The notes below the pieces were generated by a model. It saw only the letters and a list, made by a program, of their open reading frames with translations. It was not told the DNA's origin and searched no databases. This document shows, one piece after another, positions 34,471 to 47,490 of a stretch of DNA of 64,000 nucleotides. Position numbers and translations under genes: made by a program. The stretch's first letter is position 1; each line of letters opens with the position of its first letter. The DNA is from Macrostomum lignano (lineage: Eukaryota): positions 186,001-250,000 of the forward strand of contig NIVC01001003.1 in the NCBI GenBank assembly GCA_002269645.1, written 5' to 3'.

Positions 34471-35598
34471 CACACACTGAGCAAAATGTTTAAGTTTCCA
34501 CACTCCGAAACACACTCAGATCTCAGCCCCAAGTTGACGCAATAGACATCACATCCGCGGTTTCTCGTCTCAAGTGCGGGCGATGCTATTTGCGTCACAA
34601 TGTCCCAGTTTAGGCTGGTGAGGAGAGAGAGGAGAGCTATGGCTATGAGTTGGATTGAAGTTGCCGGCACTTTTCTGGTGTGGAAACTTTAACATGTAGC
34701 TGAGTGTACTTTTTCTGGAATTTGGGGGGGGGGGGCGACGACCCCCAATGTCCCCTCCATGTGATGGCTACAATGTTGCTGTTGATGTGATGCGAGCAGT
34801 CACTCACAGACTGCACATAGGCCAGGTGATGAGCAGTGAGACAGAAAGCTAGATCGCAGTCTCTCAGTGGACACATTGTACACCCTATTGAACTGATCGT
34901 GAATAATGATGCTCAAATCAATAGTTAGTTTACTCCCTTCCATTAACGTTGTGTGTTGACTTTGGGGGTGAGGGGAGGGGGTGAGGGGAGGGGGTGAGTT
35001 AATTTGAGTACTTGGATGTGATTGGCTGGGACTTGCGTATCTATGCCGGCCCACCTAGAATGATGTGCGCATAAATAACCTTCTGAGTGTGTTCTATTTT
35101 GCGAGCTATCTAAATTGAAATTCGAATTAATATTAATTACCTATATTATATAGTTTTCAGTAATAATTCTCAACTCATTTTTGGACTGCCAAATTGGTAA
35201 GTTAAAAACTTGAAGCTGCATCTCTATAAAGAGTTTTAATTATCTTCTAGACAATTTCGAGTTTTCGAGTTTAAGTTTGTTTCAAGTTTAAGTTATTTTA
35301 GTAGCAAAAACAGAGACAATTGTAAATAATATACGCATGCTCAGTAGTATAGAACGAAACTCTTCCGGCAAATTTTCACTTTCTGTAATTCATCAGTGGC
35401 GCTATATTATGTTAATTTTTTATTCTACTTACAATAGCATATGTCCTGTGCCTAAATGGTTTTAAAAGCTGACTGTGTAGCAGTCTGTGTAACAGAGATG
35501 ATTAAATAGATTCATAGAGCCAATGATGAGTCGAGCTGTGCCATGCATTTTTATGAATTTTAGGTTCAGGAATTGTATGGAAAATAAAAAAATTAACA

Positions 35599-35648
35599 TA
35601 GGGTTAGGGTTAGGGTTAGGGTTAGAATTAGGGTTAGGCTAGGGTTAG
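35599..35648 (+). repeat. Short interstitial telomeric-type (TTAGGG)n tract
   Basis: TAGGGTTAGGGTTAGGGTTAGGGTTAG followed by degenerate copies. Confidence 0.8.
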
Positions 35649-36435
35649 AAAGTAGACAGATTTTTTAAGATTTCAAGGCTTATGGGGGCATCGCTGAGAT
35701 GTCAAGGGGGGAGTTGATATGTTAAGGCTTGTGGGGGGAATTGCTGACATGTCAAGGCTTACAAGGGACTGCTGGGGTAAAATGCAACTTGTACTGCATT
35801 TTTTGGCTCCCCAACGGGGGGCACTGATTGCTAGTTTTTGTGCTGAAAATGAAAACTTCCTGTCTCCGTAGTGTCTTTTTCAGCTGAACAGTTCTAAGAA
35901 ACTTATTTTCGCGTCTTTCTACTTGAGCAGTCCTTGGACTAGAATAGCACATGTTTTATAGCAGTTTGCAGCGTTGTGTCAATAACTAAAGTAATCTTTT
36001 TTGATGTTGCTAACAAATATAAAAATTAACATTACCCGACAAGATTAGAAAAGACTCACTGTATGAGGGTTAACAGGGTGTGAGGAGCATAGTATATATT
36101 TGAGTTCATGTTTCTGTACATGTCAATCATTTTTACAGAAACAGATCAGTTATTACAATAAATTGGAGGGCATAGTTTGTTCATCAACATACTGGAGCAT
36201 CATTTTTTTCTTTAACCAGCTAGATAAGTTAAAAATTCGATCTTAACAGATGAAATGCTTGCATGAGATTTGTGTCTACTCTGAGGTTTGGGAGACAATT
36301 TGTCAGAAAAAATCCGTTTACTTTGAAAGCGTCGTTAGAAACCACGAGGACGAGCAGAACAGAGGCTGTAAAAGTTCAATCTGAAAAGGCTTGAACAGTC
36401 CTTACGTGTAACCGTTGGCCCGTATTGTAAGACGT

Positions 36436-37497
36436 CTACCATCTACCCACGTAGGGTGGGTTGCTGCGCCCGTCGCTCACAGAGAAGGTCGCCGGCCTAG
36501 CGTAGCCAGGCCGTGTTGAGCTCGCCGCTGCTCCACCGCCTCTCGGATGCCAGCTGAGGGGCGAAACTTTGCCCGAGTTGGTTGACCGAAGCCCCAGACT
36601 GCTGCTCACGCTGCTCATTGGTCGGTAGCGACCTGCAGGCACCAGCCGCTTCTTGAATAGGTAAGCCGACAGGAATATCGAGACTGAGTGAACCACAAGC
36701 ATGACTATGCTCGCCGCCAGGATGACGCTGAAGTAAACGTACACGTAGCTCTTCATTGGCTCCTGGCAACTGTTGCTGTGGTAGTCAACACCGGTGACTG
36801 GGCACTGTTTGTTGCCAACGTAGCTCTCATAGTTGGCAAAGTCCTGCTTGGCTGTGATGCTCTTGTCGGAGAATTTGCAGCAGCTAACTGGGAACATGTA
36901 GTCGACGCCTGAGTAGGTCACCCCATCGGCTTTGTAGTGCCGGTACTGATTGTGCCACAGCGATGCGTACGTGCCGTAGCTTGTGGTGAAGTCCGACGGG
37001 CCGTTGTAGCCGCAGCACTCCAGCTGGATTTGCATCACATCCCAGATGATGCTGTTGGGATAGTCTGAGCCCTCGCTAATGCCTCTGTACTCGCTCTGCA
37101 GAGTGGACTTCATGTAGGTTGGCAGTTCGGTCTCTACGGTTCTCCACATGCCCATCGGTACGATGGCCAGCACGATCTCTAGCACAATGGCTATCGCTGT
37201 GAATACCATGTAGGCTACGAGCAGGGCCTTGCCACCGCGGAGCACGTGGAGCAGGCCCAGGCCAAAACTGATCGTGGCCACCAAGCCCAGGCCGATGGGC
37301 ATGTAGGAGGAGACTCGCAGCGAAACAGTCAACGCGCCGTAGTCCGTGATGACGATCTTGTTGAGCCAGAAGGACAGCAAAGACGCGTCGGCGAGAATCC
37401 AAACTCCCAGGCTGATGATGCCGACGCTGAAGATCAGCGATGCTGTAATCGCGCCAATGAACAGAAAGCGAATGGCGGCGTAATCAACTTCCCCCAT
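36436..37497 (-). CDS. Tetraspanin (single exon)
   Basis: Four TM segments; QIQLECCG and PVSCC motifs in EC2; ATG at 37497. Confidence 0.92.
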   Translation of the reverse strand: MGEVDYAAIRFLFIGAITASLIFSVGIISLGVWILADASLLSFWLNKIVITDYGALTVSLRVSSYMPIGLGLVATISFGLGLLHVLRGGKALLVAYMVFTAIAIVLEIVLAIVPMGMWRTVETELPTYMKSTLQSEYRGISEGSDYPNSIIWDVMQIQLECCGYNGPSDFTTSYGTYASLWHNQYRHYKADGVTYSGVDYMFPVSCCKFSDKSITAKQDFANYESYVGNKQCPVTGVDYHSNSCQEPMKSYVYVYFSVILAASIVMLVVHSVSIFLSAYLFKKRLVPAGRYRPMSSVSSSLGLRSTNSGKVSPLSWHPRGGGAAASSTRPGYARPATFSVSDGRSNPPYVGRW

Positions 37498-37554
37498 CGC
37501 GATGGGCCTGTCGTTCTGGTGCCGCTGTTTTGCCTGCAATCGTTAGGTTTAGAA

Positions 37555-37940
37555 CAGGGGTCGCAAAAAATTTTTCCCTTAAGGGCCAGATAGACAATTC
37601 AGCTCATTTCTGCGGGCCAGATGAGAATGGAGAATAGAAGATGAGAGATGAGAGAAGCGAGGAGAAGCGATAGATGGGATGAGAGGGCAAATAAAAGGAG
37701 AGAAGAGGAGAGAGGGAAGAGGAGAGAGAGGGAGAAGGGAGAGAAGAGATCCGAGAGCGGAGAGCGGAGAGAGAGAAGAAGAGGAGAGAGCACAGAGAGG
37801 TTAGGAGGGGGAGAGGAGAAGAGAGAGAAGAGAGAGAAGAGAAAGAGTTGAGCAGAGACAAATCTTGAGCTGCCGGGATTGCTATTTTGAAGTTTCAAAG
37901 AACCCGAGGGCTTCGAGGGCCGCACGTTAGCCGACCCCCG
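37555..37940. mobile_element. hAT-like non-autonomous element with an internal GA-rich tract; second copy in opposite orientation at ~45685-46041
   Basis: CAGGGGTC...GACCCCCG termini; subterminal sequences shared between the two copies; TSD degenerate. Confidence 0.5.
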
Positions 37941-39189
37941 GCTAGAAGAAGTTCCTCAACAATTCAGGCGCTATTCAATGAGTTTTTTACGAGCTATTTT
38001 AGATTCCAGAAATTTTTGGTGCATATGAAAGTTCAAAGTTGTAAAACAGGCCTCAATTATGCTACCTGTTGGGAGAGGGGCAGAGCGACTGGCTTGTCTT
38101 GAAATCCTACGAGTTACATCATCTCCAAGCACCAGTTCCACGATTTTAGCTGTCAATCAGCCCAGAGAATTAATCTTAATGCAATTTTGCATACCTGATA
38201 TTAATATTATCCGAATTGCTGATGACGCGGATAGAGTCTGCTTACGTTCAAATTGGTCAAGTTAATATATTGTTTTACAAAATTTTGCAGTTTGAGTGAT
38301 GCATATGTGTTTTTTTCTCTTTTAACTAGTCTCTCAGCCTCTTGATGAGTGTGAGCAGCTCTTCTCTCTCTGTTTTTGTAGTCTGTTTACCTTCACTCCC
38401 AGTTTATTTTTTCTCTGATAACTAGGGGGGGGGGGGGGGTAGATGCCCACCTGCACCCTCCACCAGACTAGCCGTATAGGCTATTGTAATGGCCCGGTCG
38501 GTGCTTCTATAGCTATATCACTCAGGCTAGAGGTAGAGAATAAAATTTCAATTTCCTTTAGTTAGGGCCGCTAAGGTTGCTTAAACCAACCAACGGTCAG
38601 ACAGGTCTTCTCGGTTAGCTAGGTATAGCTTTAACTGAATCTATTATTATTGCTTTGAAAAGACTGGCAGAGAAGGTGCGACAATTTAACAGCCAGCTGA
38701 AATGTGAGAAACGCGTCAGCCCTCGGTTGCATGCGCTGTGCTGAGAGTGCTCAGTCTGAGTGCAATTAGCTGGCTCGGGCTAATGGAAGGCGTGAATTTC
38801 TCACCCGATCTGCTGCTGGGGGCATCGCCGAAGCAGTTGTCCAGTTTGCTTTTAGATTTGCCTGACAAAATTCTGGGACGATCTTTGAGTCTTTAGTAGC
38901 CATTATTAATTAAATGAGCCTTTTCGAACAATGCCGGCATTTCTAAGAGAGTGCAGATTTTAACTATACTTTGGCAATCTAAAGGTGCAAAATTGTCAAG
39001 TCATAGATGCCGCCGAAATGCCCTTTTTTGAGTGAATCATACCACCATAGCAGGATTCAGCTCAACCGTATCTTTTGCTTCTAATTTAAAAAAATAACTA
39101 CTGTACTTTCTACTTAACGCATTATTGCAAGGAAAAAATGTCAACGGGCACGATTTAACGCGAAATATGGACTTTATGGGGGTATCGGA

Positions 39190-39615
39190 GTGAGGTGGGT
39201 GGGCCGCGTAGTGAGGTGGCTGGGCAGCGTAGTGGGGTGGCTGGGCAGCGTAGTGAGGTGGGTGGGCAGCGTAGTGAGGTGGGTGGGCAGCGTAGTGAGG
39301 TGGGTGGGCAGCGTAGTGAGGTGGGTGGGCAGCGTAGTGAGGTGGCTGGGCAGCGTAGTGGGGTGGCTGGGCAGCGTAGTGAGGTGGGTGGGCAGCGTAG
39401 TGAGGTGGGTGGGCAGCGTAGTGAGGTGGGTGGGCAGCGTAGTGAGGTGGGTGGGCAGCGTAGTGAGGTGGGTGGGCAGCGTAGTGAGGTGGGTGGGCAG
39501 CGTAGTGAGGTGGGTGGGCAGCGTAGTGAGGTGGGTGGGCAGCGTAGTGAGGTGGGTGGGCAGCGGAGTGAGGTGGTTGGGCAGCGTAGTGAGGTGGGTG
39601 AGCAGCGGAGTGAGT
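39190..39615. repeat. 21-bp minisatellite, ~20 copies
   Basis: Unit GCAGCGTAGTGAGGTGGGTGG. Confidence 0.95.
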
Positions 39616-41742
39616 CGGGTGGACAGCTGAGTGGCCCTAAAAAACAGAACGCCTTCAGCTTGCAGGCATCAATGCAAGTAGACGTGCAGTTTTTGTCGCA
39701 GTAATGTTCCAAACACGCTGTTTTATAAAGTTTGCCCTTGACAAAGCTATATTTTCTCAAACATCTATATATTTGAATTGAGCATAATCTATTTGTGTCG
39801 TTCGTAATAGTTCTAGGCATATACTGACTAGGCTACTGTCAGTAGGAGCAATGCAAGCTTTGTCGAAACCTATTTGAAATAAATAAAATGCTTGAAAAGG
39901 CATTAAGTTCCAGACAACCTTTCAGTAGTTGGCCTATACTGGCTTAGACTAGATTGAAGGTTGATATTATTCGTGAAAGGTTGTCTGGATTAGATTAACT
40001 ATTACGGGTTTTAAATAGCTAACTCGTTTATGGGTGAAGCCATCATCATTATCTATTAGCAGTAACTTACTAAACACCTTCAATTCTTTGCTACTTTAAT
40101 TATGCTGTGTACTAACTAAGGCTGAGGCTGTGGACATGCCGGCTGTGAAGGAAACTATATTAAACGCTTTATTTGGCGAACCGGTTATCAAAGTGTGCCA
40201 GAACAGTAGCGGGTGAGTTATTAAACTAAGTAAAATAAGCTTTCTTGTGAAACTGGAACAGATTTTCTTTTAGCGGTTATACGCCCCAAGTGCAGCTGGT
40301 TGGGTACTGATAGTTCCGCCTTCACGATTTTAAACTAACAGTAAATGCTGAAATCTGGATTGCGGCAATGGAGTTCCCAGTGGAGCGGCTGTGCAACTCA
40401 GAACTGCGAATTAGCATGGCGGATTAGGTACTGATCGATTGCCGTAATCTCTTTAAGGTTAGTGCAGAGTCGGAGCAAACAGCTGAGTTGACTGAAACTG
40501 CTGGTCCGGAAACGCCTAACTGAGCGCACTGTTTGAGTGGCAACTTGCGGTAGAGTGCTTCAATATTCACCCCTCGGTTCTTAGACTCACACTTGTGCAC
40601 AGGGCACGTGTGCACACTGCAGCACGAGTCGGCCATGACTAGCTCTTAGGGAGGGGGAGGAAAATTCCAAAGATTTCATGTCTTCACTCTTTTTTCTTGG
40701 CCTATTGTTGCTTTAAGCTCTGTTTAGACACCAAGCGGAGAAGTTTTCAGCGTTCTTTCTTTAACGTACAGCGCATGTAGTTAGCCGATGAGTTGAGTGT
40801 AGAGGAGATTTTAGGTGGGGGGGGGGGCGTTAGTTAGGGTAGTGCAACAGCTTTATAGTCTGTCTCATCGGGGTAATTGTTCGCCCACAGTCACACACTC
40901 GCTTCCTGCAAAACCCCCAAGAACTGCTCTGCGCTCTTTGTTCCAGCCGCTTAACTTCATCGGGCAGCGGTATTAGCTTTCCACTCGAATTTATCAATTT
41001 AATTCAATCATAAAGGTCTGTTGTTGTTGACATCGTCTCAGATATTATTTTTGCTCAATAGTACCGCCATTTTGTAAGCTTGGTTCCTTCCGCGGATGGG
41101 GTGAGTTTGAAAAACGCTTTTTAGTAGATTATATAAAATTTTCTTTTTTTCTACTAACCGTTTCTTTAAGTAGTTTTGGTACTTGGGGTAAATTTTTGTT
41201 TCACCCAAGCTTAAAAAAACCACACAAGTACAACGTGTCCTGAGCCTAGTTCATATGCTTTTTTGCTCCCTCTCTTTCTCCCTTGTAATCTCTCTCTCTC
41301 TCTACGGCAAAGCTTGGGATATTTCCATGACCAATCGACCCGCGGTTCCGATGAGTACTGCTCGTGTCGATTCCACAGCCCCCCCCCCTGGTTGATTCTC
41401 TATTAAAGTAGCAGGACAAGCTTAAACTCCGCAGCTTAGTCGAATTTTTTAAGAGTATCAGTTGCAGTTGTTAGCAAAGCTTTTCACCCTACGCATCATT
41501 TATCATTCAGCTTGAATAGTGACGCAAATTATCCTTTCATCAAATGTTTTCCCATTGGCGGCTTAGCGCTTGTTAACTCTAATATTGTCTATCTTTTTTT
41601 GTAGTTTTTGTACACTAAGGCTTAATGTGCTTTACAAATCCCCCCCGTATTTGGTTTCAGGAAGTCGGTGAAAAAAGAAGCATCTTCTAGTTTTTGAACC
41701 GTTTCAAATCGTGCGACAAGCTCCGCGTCAAAGCGACAAGGG

Positions 41743-44700
41743 ATGCCGATTCCAGCCGCATTGCAGCGCTTTTGTAGCGCCATGTGGCGAACAAAAACTC
41801 TGAATCAAGGCATAATGAGCACTCCGCTGAAGCGCTGCTTAAACACATTCGACCTGATTCTGATTGGCATCGGGAACATGTCCGGAGCGGGCATCTACGT
41901 TCTCACAGGCACGGTGGTGCGGCGGAAGGCCGGCCCAGCAACCTGCATTGCCTACTTTGTGGCGGGCCTGACCGCCTTCCTGAATGGCCTGTGCTACTCA
42001 GAGCTTGGAGCCCGGGTGCCCAGAGCTGGCAGCGCCTACAGCTACACCTATGTTGCAATGGGCGAGCTGCTGGGTGAGTCTGATTGAGTGCGACAACTTG
42101 AACCGCCATCAAATTCACGTAACTTGGATTCTCTAGAAAACTTTATTTCGTGCTCATAGGAAATAGGCGCAACCAGCTGTTTGTCTTCCTCCCACGCGAA
42201 AGAGAATAGAGATGACAGATAGCAGAAAGGAGAGGAGAGGAGAGGAGAGGAGAGGAGAGGAGAGGAGAGGAGAGGAGAGGAGAGGAGAGGAGAGGAGAGG
42301 AGAGGAGAGGAGAGGAGAGGAGAGGAGAGGAGAGGAGAGGAGAGGGAGAGGAGAGGAGAGGAGAGGAGAGGAGAGGAGAGGAGAGGAGAGAGAGGAGAGA
42401 GAGGAGAGGAGAGGAGAGGAGAGGAGAGGAGAGGAGAGGAGAGGAGAGAGAGAGGAGGAGAGGAGAGGAGAGGAGAGGAGAGGAGAGGAGAGGAGAGGAG
42501 AGGAGAGGAGAGGAGAGGAGAGGAGGAGGAGAGGAGGAGAGGAGAGGAGAGGAGAGGAGAGGAGAGGAGAGGAGAGGAGAGGAGAGGAGAGGAGAGGAGA
42601 GGAGAGGAGAGGAGAGGAGAGGAGAGGAGAGGAGAGGAGAGGAGAGGAGAGGAGAGGAGAGGAGAGGAGAGGAGAGGAGAGGAGAGGAGAGAGAGAGGAG
42701 AGGAGAGGAGAGGAGAGGAGAGGAGAGGAGAGGAGAGGAGAGGAGAGGAGAGGAGAGGAGGAGGAGGAGAGGAGAGGAGAGGAGAGGAGAGGAGAGGAGA
42801 GGAGAGGAGAGGAGAGGAGAGGAGAGGAGAGGAGAGGAGAGGAGAGGAGAGGAGAGGAGAGGAGAGGAGAGGAGAGAGAGGAGAGGAGAGGAGAGGAGAG
42901 GAGAGGAGAGGAGAGGAGAGGAGAGGAGAGGAGAGGAGAGGAGAGGAGAGGAGAGGAGAGGAGAGGAGAGGAGAGGAGAGGAGAGGAGAGGAGAGAGAGG
43001 AGAGGAGAGGAGAGGAGAGGAGAGGAGAGGAGAGGAGAGGAGAGGAGAGGAGAGGAGAGAGAGGAGAGGAGAGGAGAGGAGAGGAGAGGAGAGGAGAGGA
43101 GAGGAGGATGTAGTTTGAGTGTAGATTGAGTGTAGATTGAGTGTAGATTGAGTGTAGATTGAGTGTAGATTGAGTGTAGATTGAGTGTAGATTGGATTAC
43201 TACTAGATTTTGTATTTAGCAGATGGATTTAGCAGACATGGATTTAGCAGATTATTTAAAAAATACTTTTCCGATCCCAATCAGTTGCATTTAGTCTTAA
43301 ACTTTTAATTCTCTCTCCTAGACAAGATCTGATGGTCAACTTTACATACCTTATTTCAGCTTTCGTCATTGGATGGAGCATCATCCTGGAGTACATCCTG
43401 TCGGCTGCAAGTATCGCCCGCGGTTTCAGCGGCACCCTGGACGCTCTGACATCGGACGCCATCTCTAATTGGACCGTGAGCCACGTCGGCACGTTCTACC
43501 AAACGTCACCGAACGATACTTCGACAATCAAGCACATCATATCGCACTACCCGGACTTAATGTCCGTATTGTTAATTATTGTGGTGGCGGTCATTCTCAG
43601 CATTGGAGCCAACCTGTCGAAGCACTTTAACACGGTGACAACATCTGTCAATGTTGTGGTGCTGCTGTTCATCTCTGGCGTCATGTTCGCCCTGGCCGAC
43701 TTGGCCAATTGGAGGGAGCAGCCGTTTATGCCGTTCGGCTTCACCGGCGTCCTCTCCGGCGCCGCCACCTGCTTCTACGCGTTTATCGGCTTCGATGCGA
43801 TCAGCGTCTCCACAGAGGAGGCCCTGACACCGCAGAAGTCATTGCCGATGGCCACTAGTATCGCCGTGTTTGTGACCACCGTCCTGCTCGTGATCTCCAG
43901 CGCCGCTATCACCCTATTCGAGCCGTGGTACCTCATCGACATCCGGGCTGCGTTTACGTCCGCCTTTTTGGCTCACCGGCTTCAATGGGCGGAGATCATC
44001 ACTGGAATCGGGTCTATCACGGGCATCGTGGCCTGTCTGTACTGCAACAACTACGCTATGCCGCGAGTTGTGTACGCGATGGCCTCCGACGGCTTGATAT
44101 TTCGCATCCTGGCTTACGTGACGCCGCTCACCCAGGTGCCAATTGTTGCAATCATCTTTTCCAGCTTCATAGCCGCCGTGCTGGCTCTGTTGTTGGACAT
44201 TGAAGCGCTTGCCGACTTCTTGTCCATCGGCACGCTTATTGCCTACAGCATTGTGGCCTGCAATGTGGTCATCATGCGGTACAGTCGGCCAGCTGGCATC
44301 GCTGATATCGCAGCGCTTGAGTCCGAAGTTGAGTCCACGAGTTCGTCGCAGTTGCCGTTGACTCCGGAGAAGCCAATGCCGGCAGAGGATGTCGGCCGGT
44401 TAAAAGCGCCGTTCCGCAGCCTCCCGCTGCTCAGATCGTTGCAGCCAGGCTTTGGCGCCATCATGGGCCTTCTGATCTTTGTTGGCAGCCTCATCAGCGT
44501 CAGTCTCATTGTCAAACTGGGATCGCTGTCAGCAACTAACCCTATACTAATCATTGTGCTGGTTCTGTTCGGCCTGATCTGTCTGTTGGCCTTTGGCGTT
44601 ATGCTGATGCACGATCAGGACACGGATATTCGCACCTTCAAGGTAATTGGAATTTAAATGTAGTCTTTAAGATACCTGAGCATAATAGAATAATATTAGC

Positions 44701-45473
44701 AAGTTATTTCAGAAACCTGCTTACTGAAGATTCAACTAGTGTTGTAACTGCAGTGCATGAGATCAGTATGAACTACCGAGGCCAAGAGACATTCTCTGTG
44801 ATCGCTAATAATGTTTGGGCCCTAACAGATCACAGGGAAACTAAATATTAAAAATAATATTTCTTGTCGTCATGCCAAGTTCTCGAAGGTCTGTCAGCTG
44901 GCTGGTGACCGACAAGAAATGGCATCATTTTGGCACCTCATCAAGTCACAGGTTCTCGAAGGACATTTTGAACAACGTCTTGACGTCTTGTTGTTGGTGA
45001 ATAAAACTTGCTGCAGGTCAAATCCATGGACAACTCAAGAGCTTCTTTGTGCCTGCACTGATCAATTAAAAACTAGGATTTTATAAATATTTCATTGAAC
45101 TCTAATTTCAAGCCCTCTAACCCCCTCCAACTAGGTCATGGGTAACCATTTTCACCCCTTTATCAAATATACGAATAAACACCCACAGGTACCGGCAGTT
45201 CCTCTGCTCCCTTGCGTCGCCATCGCCTTCAACGTCGTGCTCATCCTGCAGCTGCAGCCAATGACCTGGATCCGGTTCTCCATCTGGCTGGTCATTGGCT
45301 TGCTGATCTACTTCACCTACGGCATTAACCAGAGCAACGAGAATCCGGACAGGCAGCGGGAGGCCTCGGAGAAGGTGCCGCTCGCCAGCGCCATGAAGCT
45401 GCCGGAGTCGCCAGGCATGGAAGGCGAAGGCCCGACCAGTAAAAAGGACGAGTCGGATACGGCGAAGCAATAG
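41743..45473 (+). CDS. Cationic amino-acid transporter (SLC7 CAT family). Exons 41743-42073, 43360-44642 and 45189-45473
   Basis: LKRCLNTFDL, GAGIYVLTG, CYSELGARVPRAGSAYSYTY, YAFIGFD, SIGTLIAY and FK|VPAVPLLP motifs; junction phases consistent; start could be a downstream ATG. Confidence 0.93.
42228..43106. repeat. (GGAGA)n microsatellite, followed by short (GTGTAGATTGA)n
   Basis: Directly visible; lies in CAT intron 1. Confidence 0.99.
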
Positions 45474-47029
45474 GAGATGCGGATTCAATTCGCGGTGATT
45501 TCTTTTTTTGGATGCGGGTACAGCATAGCTCAGATATATTTGAAGGGAACATAGCCTCTCATATCAATGGTAAAAGTTATTAAAAACGCTTTATATAATT
45601 TTAAACGCTTCCCATGTTTAAAGTCGGAGTTTAGTTTGTACCGAGTGCATGCGGCTAATAGTCGCAAAACGGTTCGGCAAGCTCCAGCCCGCTGGCAACA
45701 TGCGGCCCACAAAGCCTCTCTATCCGGCCCTCGGGTCCTTTGAGACTTCACAATAGCAAACCGGCTTTTGTGTCTGATTGTGCCTCTAGGTTTTAGGTCA
45801 TCATTTTGTGTCTCTTCTCAGCTTTCTTTTCTCGAATCTCCTCTCTCTCTTATCTCCTCTTCCCTCCTCTCCCTTCATCGATTTCACCCCTCCTCTCCTC
45901 TCGTCTCCTCTCTTCTTCTTTATCCCCCACCACTCCTTTCTCCTATCTATATTCCCTCTCCTCTATCCCCTTTTCTCCCACCTCAATCTTTGCTAGGTTA
46001 TCTATATTTGGGCCTTGAGGTGACAAGTTTACCGTCCCTTGAACTAAATAATTTTCCGAGAGTTGATCACTTTCAAAGGAGTAAAAGTACAGTAGATATT
46101 TAGAAATCATAGCTACAATTTAATAAATATAGACTATAAACTGCACATATATCCATTCATGTACTAATTAAACCTTCTAATGCTCTCTCTGGCCTGGTGA
46201 AGTTTGTGAATTTAATTTTTATGTAACTACTCGTAATGTTTTCCTTTAACCACCATCCGATATTTCCGAATTTACCGACACTTTTGTTTGTTCGAAGTGG
46301 ACTCAGTCCCGCGTTAAAAAGCTTAGGCAGTTTGGCACAGGCTTGTTGGAAGACCAGTCAAAGAAAAAGAAAGTAAAAAGGTCTTTTTGTTTATTTAAAT
46401 ATGTAGACTTCTTGTCTTGCGTAAACTTTTAGATGGTAATTTTTTTAACTGTGATTTGATTGTCTACTATGGTATATTGTGAATGTATATGGATGCACCA
46501 ATCTCTCTTTCCTGTGTCTCTCACTCTGCATGCCTGCATGCTGTCGTTAGTCAGAATCTGTGCACTAGCCGCTTCACTCTATTCAAATATTTTCCCCTTA
46601 TTTACCGTAACATGCCGTACCCCAGTTATTTAGCCTTTTACAGCCTTCTGTGTACGTGTTAGATAGCGCTCGAGCTGTCAATTTAGGGAATTATTACAGT
46701 TTGAATTGTTATCAGCGCGACTGTTTTCTTGCATTGCGCACATGACAGTAGCTAGAGCTAGAAAAATATATGTTAAAACAAAAAGAAGCAATTTTTGCAG
46801 AGTATTTTTTTTTCTTGTCTAAAACGTGCGTTTGATTTGAATTTATGTATCCATATACGCCGTATGTACATGTATTTATGAATTACTTCTTTACTTTAAT
46901 ATAGCAGCTAGAATATACCGGTGGGGGACAGGGAGGAGTCCCCCCTTAAAAGCTATGGGGGCATGCCAATGCTTTGTCCCCCCCACCCTACAATGTGACC
47001 TGTTGTGATAATCAATAATTTTTCTTCAG

Positions 47030-47490
47030 GGCGCCAAAATGAGTGCCTGCGGCGCTAAAATGTGTGCCTGCGGCGCTAAAATGTGTGCCTGCGCCGCTAA
47101 AATGTGTGCCTGCGGCGCCAAAATGAGTGCCTGCGCCGCTAAAATGTGTGCCTGCGGCGCTAAAATGTGTGCCTGCGGCGCCAAAATGAGTGCCTGCACC
47201 GCTAAAATGAGTGCCTGCGGCGCCAAAATGAGTGCCTGCACCGCTAAAATGAGTGCCTGCACCGCTAAAATGAGTGCCTGCGGCGCCAAAATGAGTGCCT
47301 GCACCGCTAAAATGAGTGCCTGCAGCGCTAAAAGGAATGTCTGCGGCGCCAAAATGAGTGCCTGCACCGCTAAAATGAGTGCCTGCACCGCTAAAATGAG
47401 TGCCTGCACCGCTAAAATGTGTGCCTGCGCCGCCAAAACGAGTGCCTGCGGCGCCAAAATGAGTGCCTGCGCCGCTAAAATGAGCGCTGA
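47030..47490. repeat. 21-bp minisatellite
   Basis: Unit GCGCCAAAATGAGTGCCTGCG with variants. Confidence 0.95.

Noticed and set aside
34272-35054. Possible small spliced secreted-peptide gene on the minus strand
   Set aside because: The best donor/acceptor pair gives an immediate stop, and the rest of the ORF is a 30-bp repeat
39155-39820. Cys/Pro heptad-repeat ORFs; likewise 47012-47530, 14970-15734, 56700-57371 and 59642-60178
   Set aside because: Minisatellites open in several frames, several of them inside defined introns
40424-40636. Cys-rich ORF (MADSCCSVHTC...VCSDS) resembling THAP or zf-AD
   Set aside because: The final Zn ligand is missing, no transposase follows, and the ORF is too short to assign
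42212-43129. 305-aa ERRGE ORF
   Set aside because: (GGAGA)n inside a well-supported CAT intron
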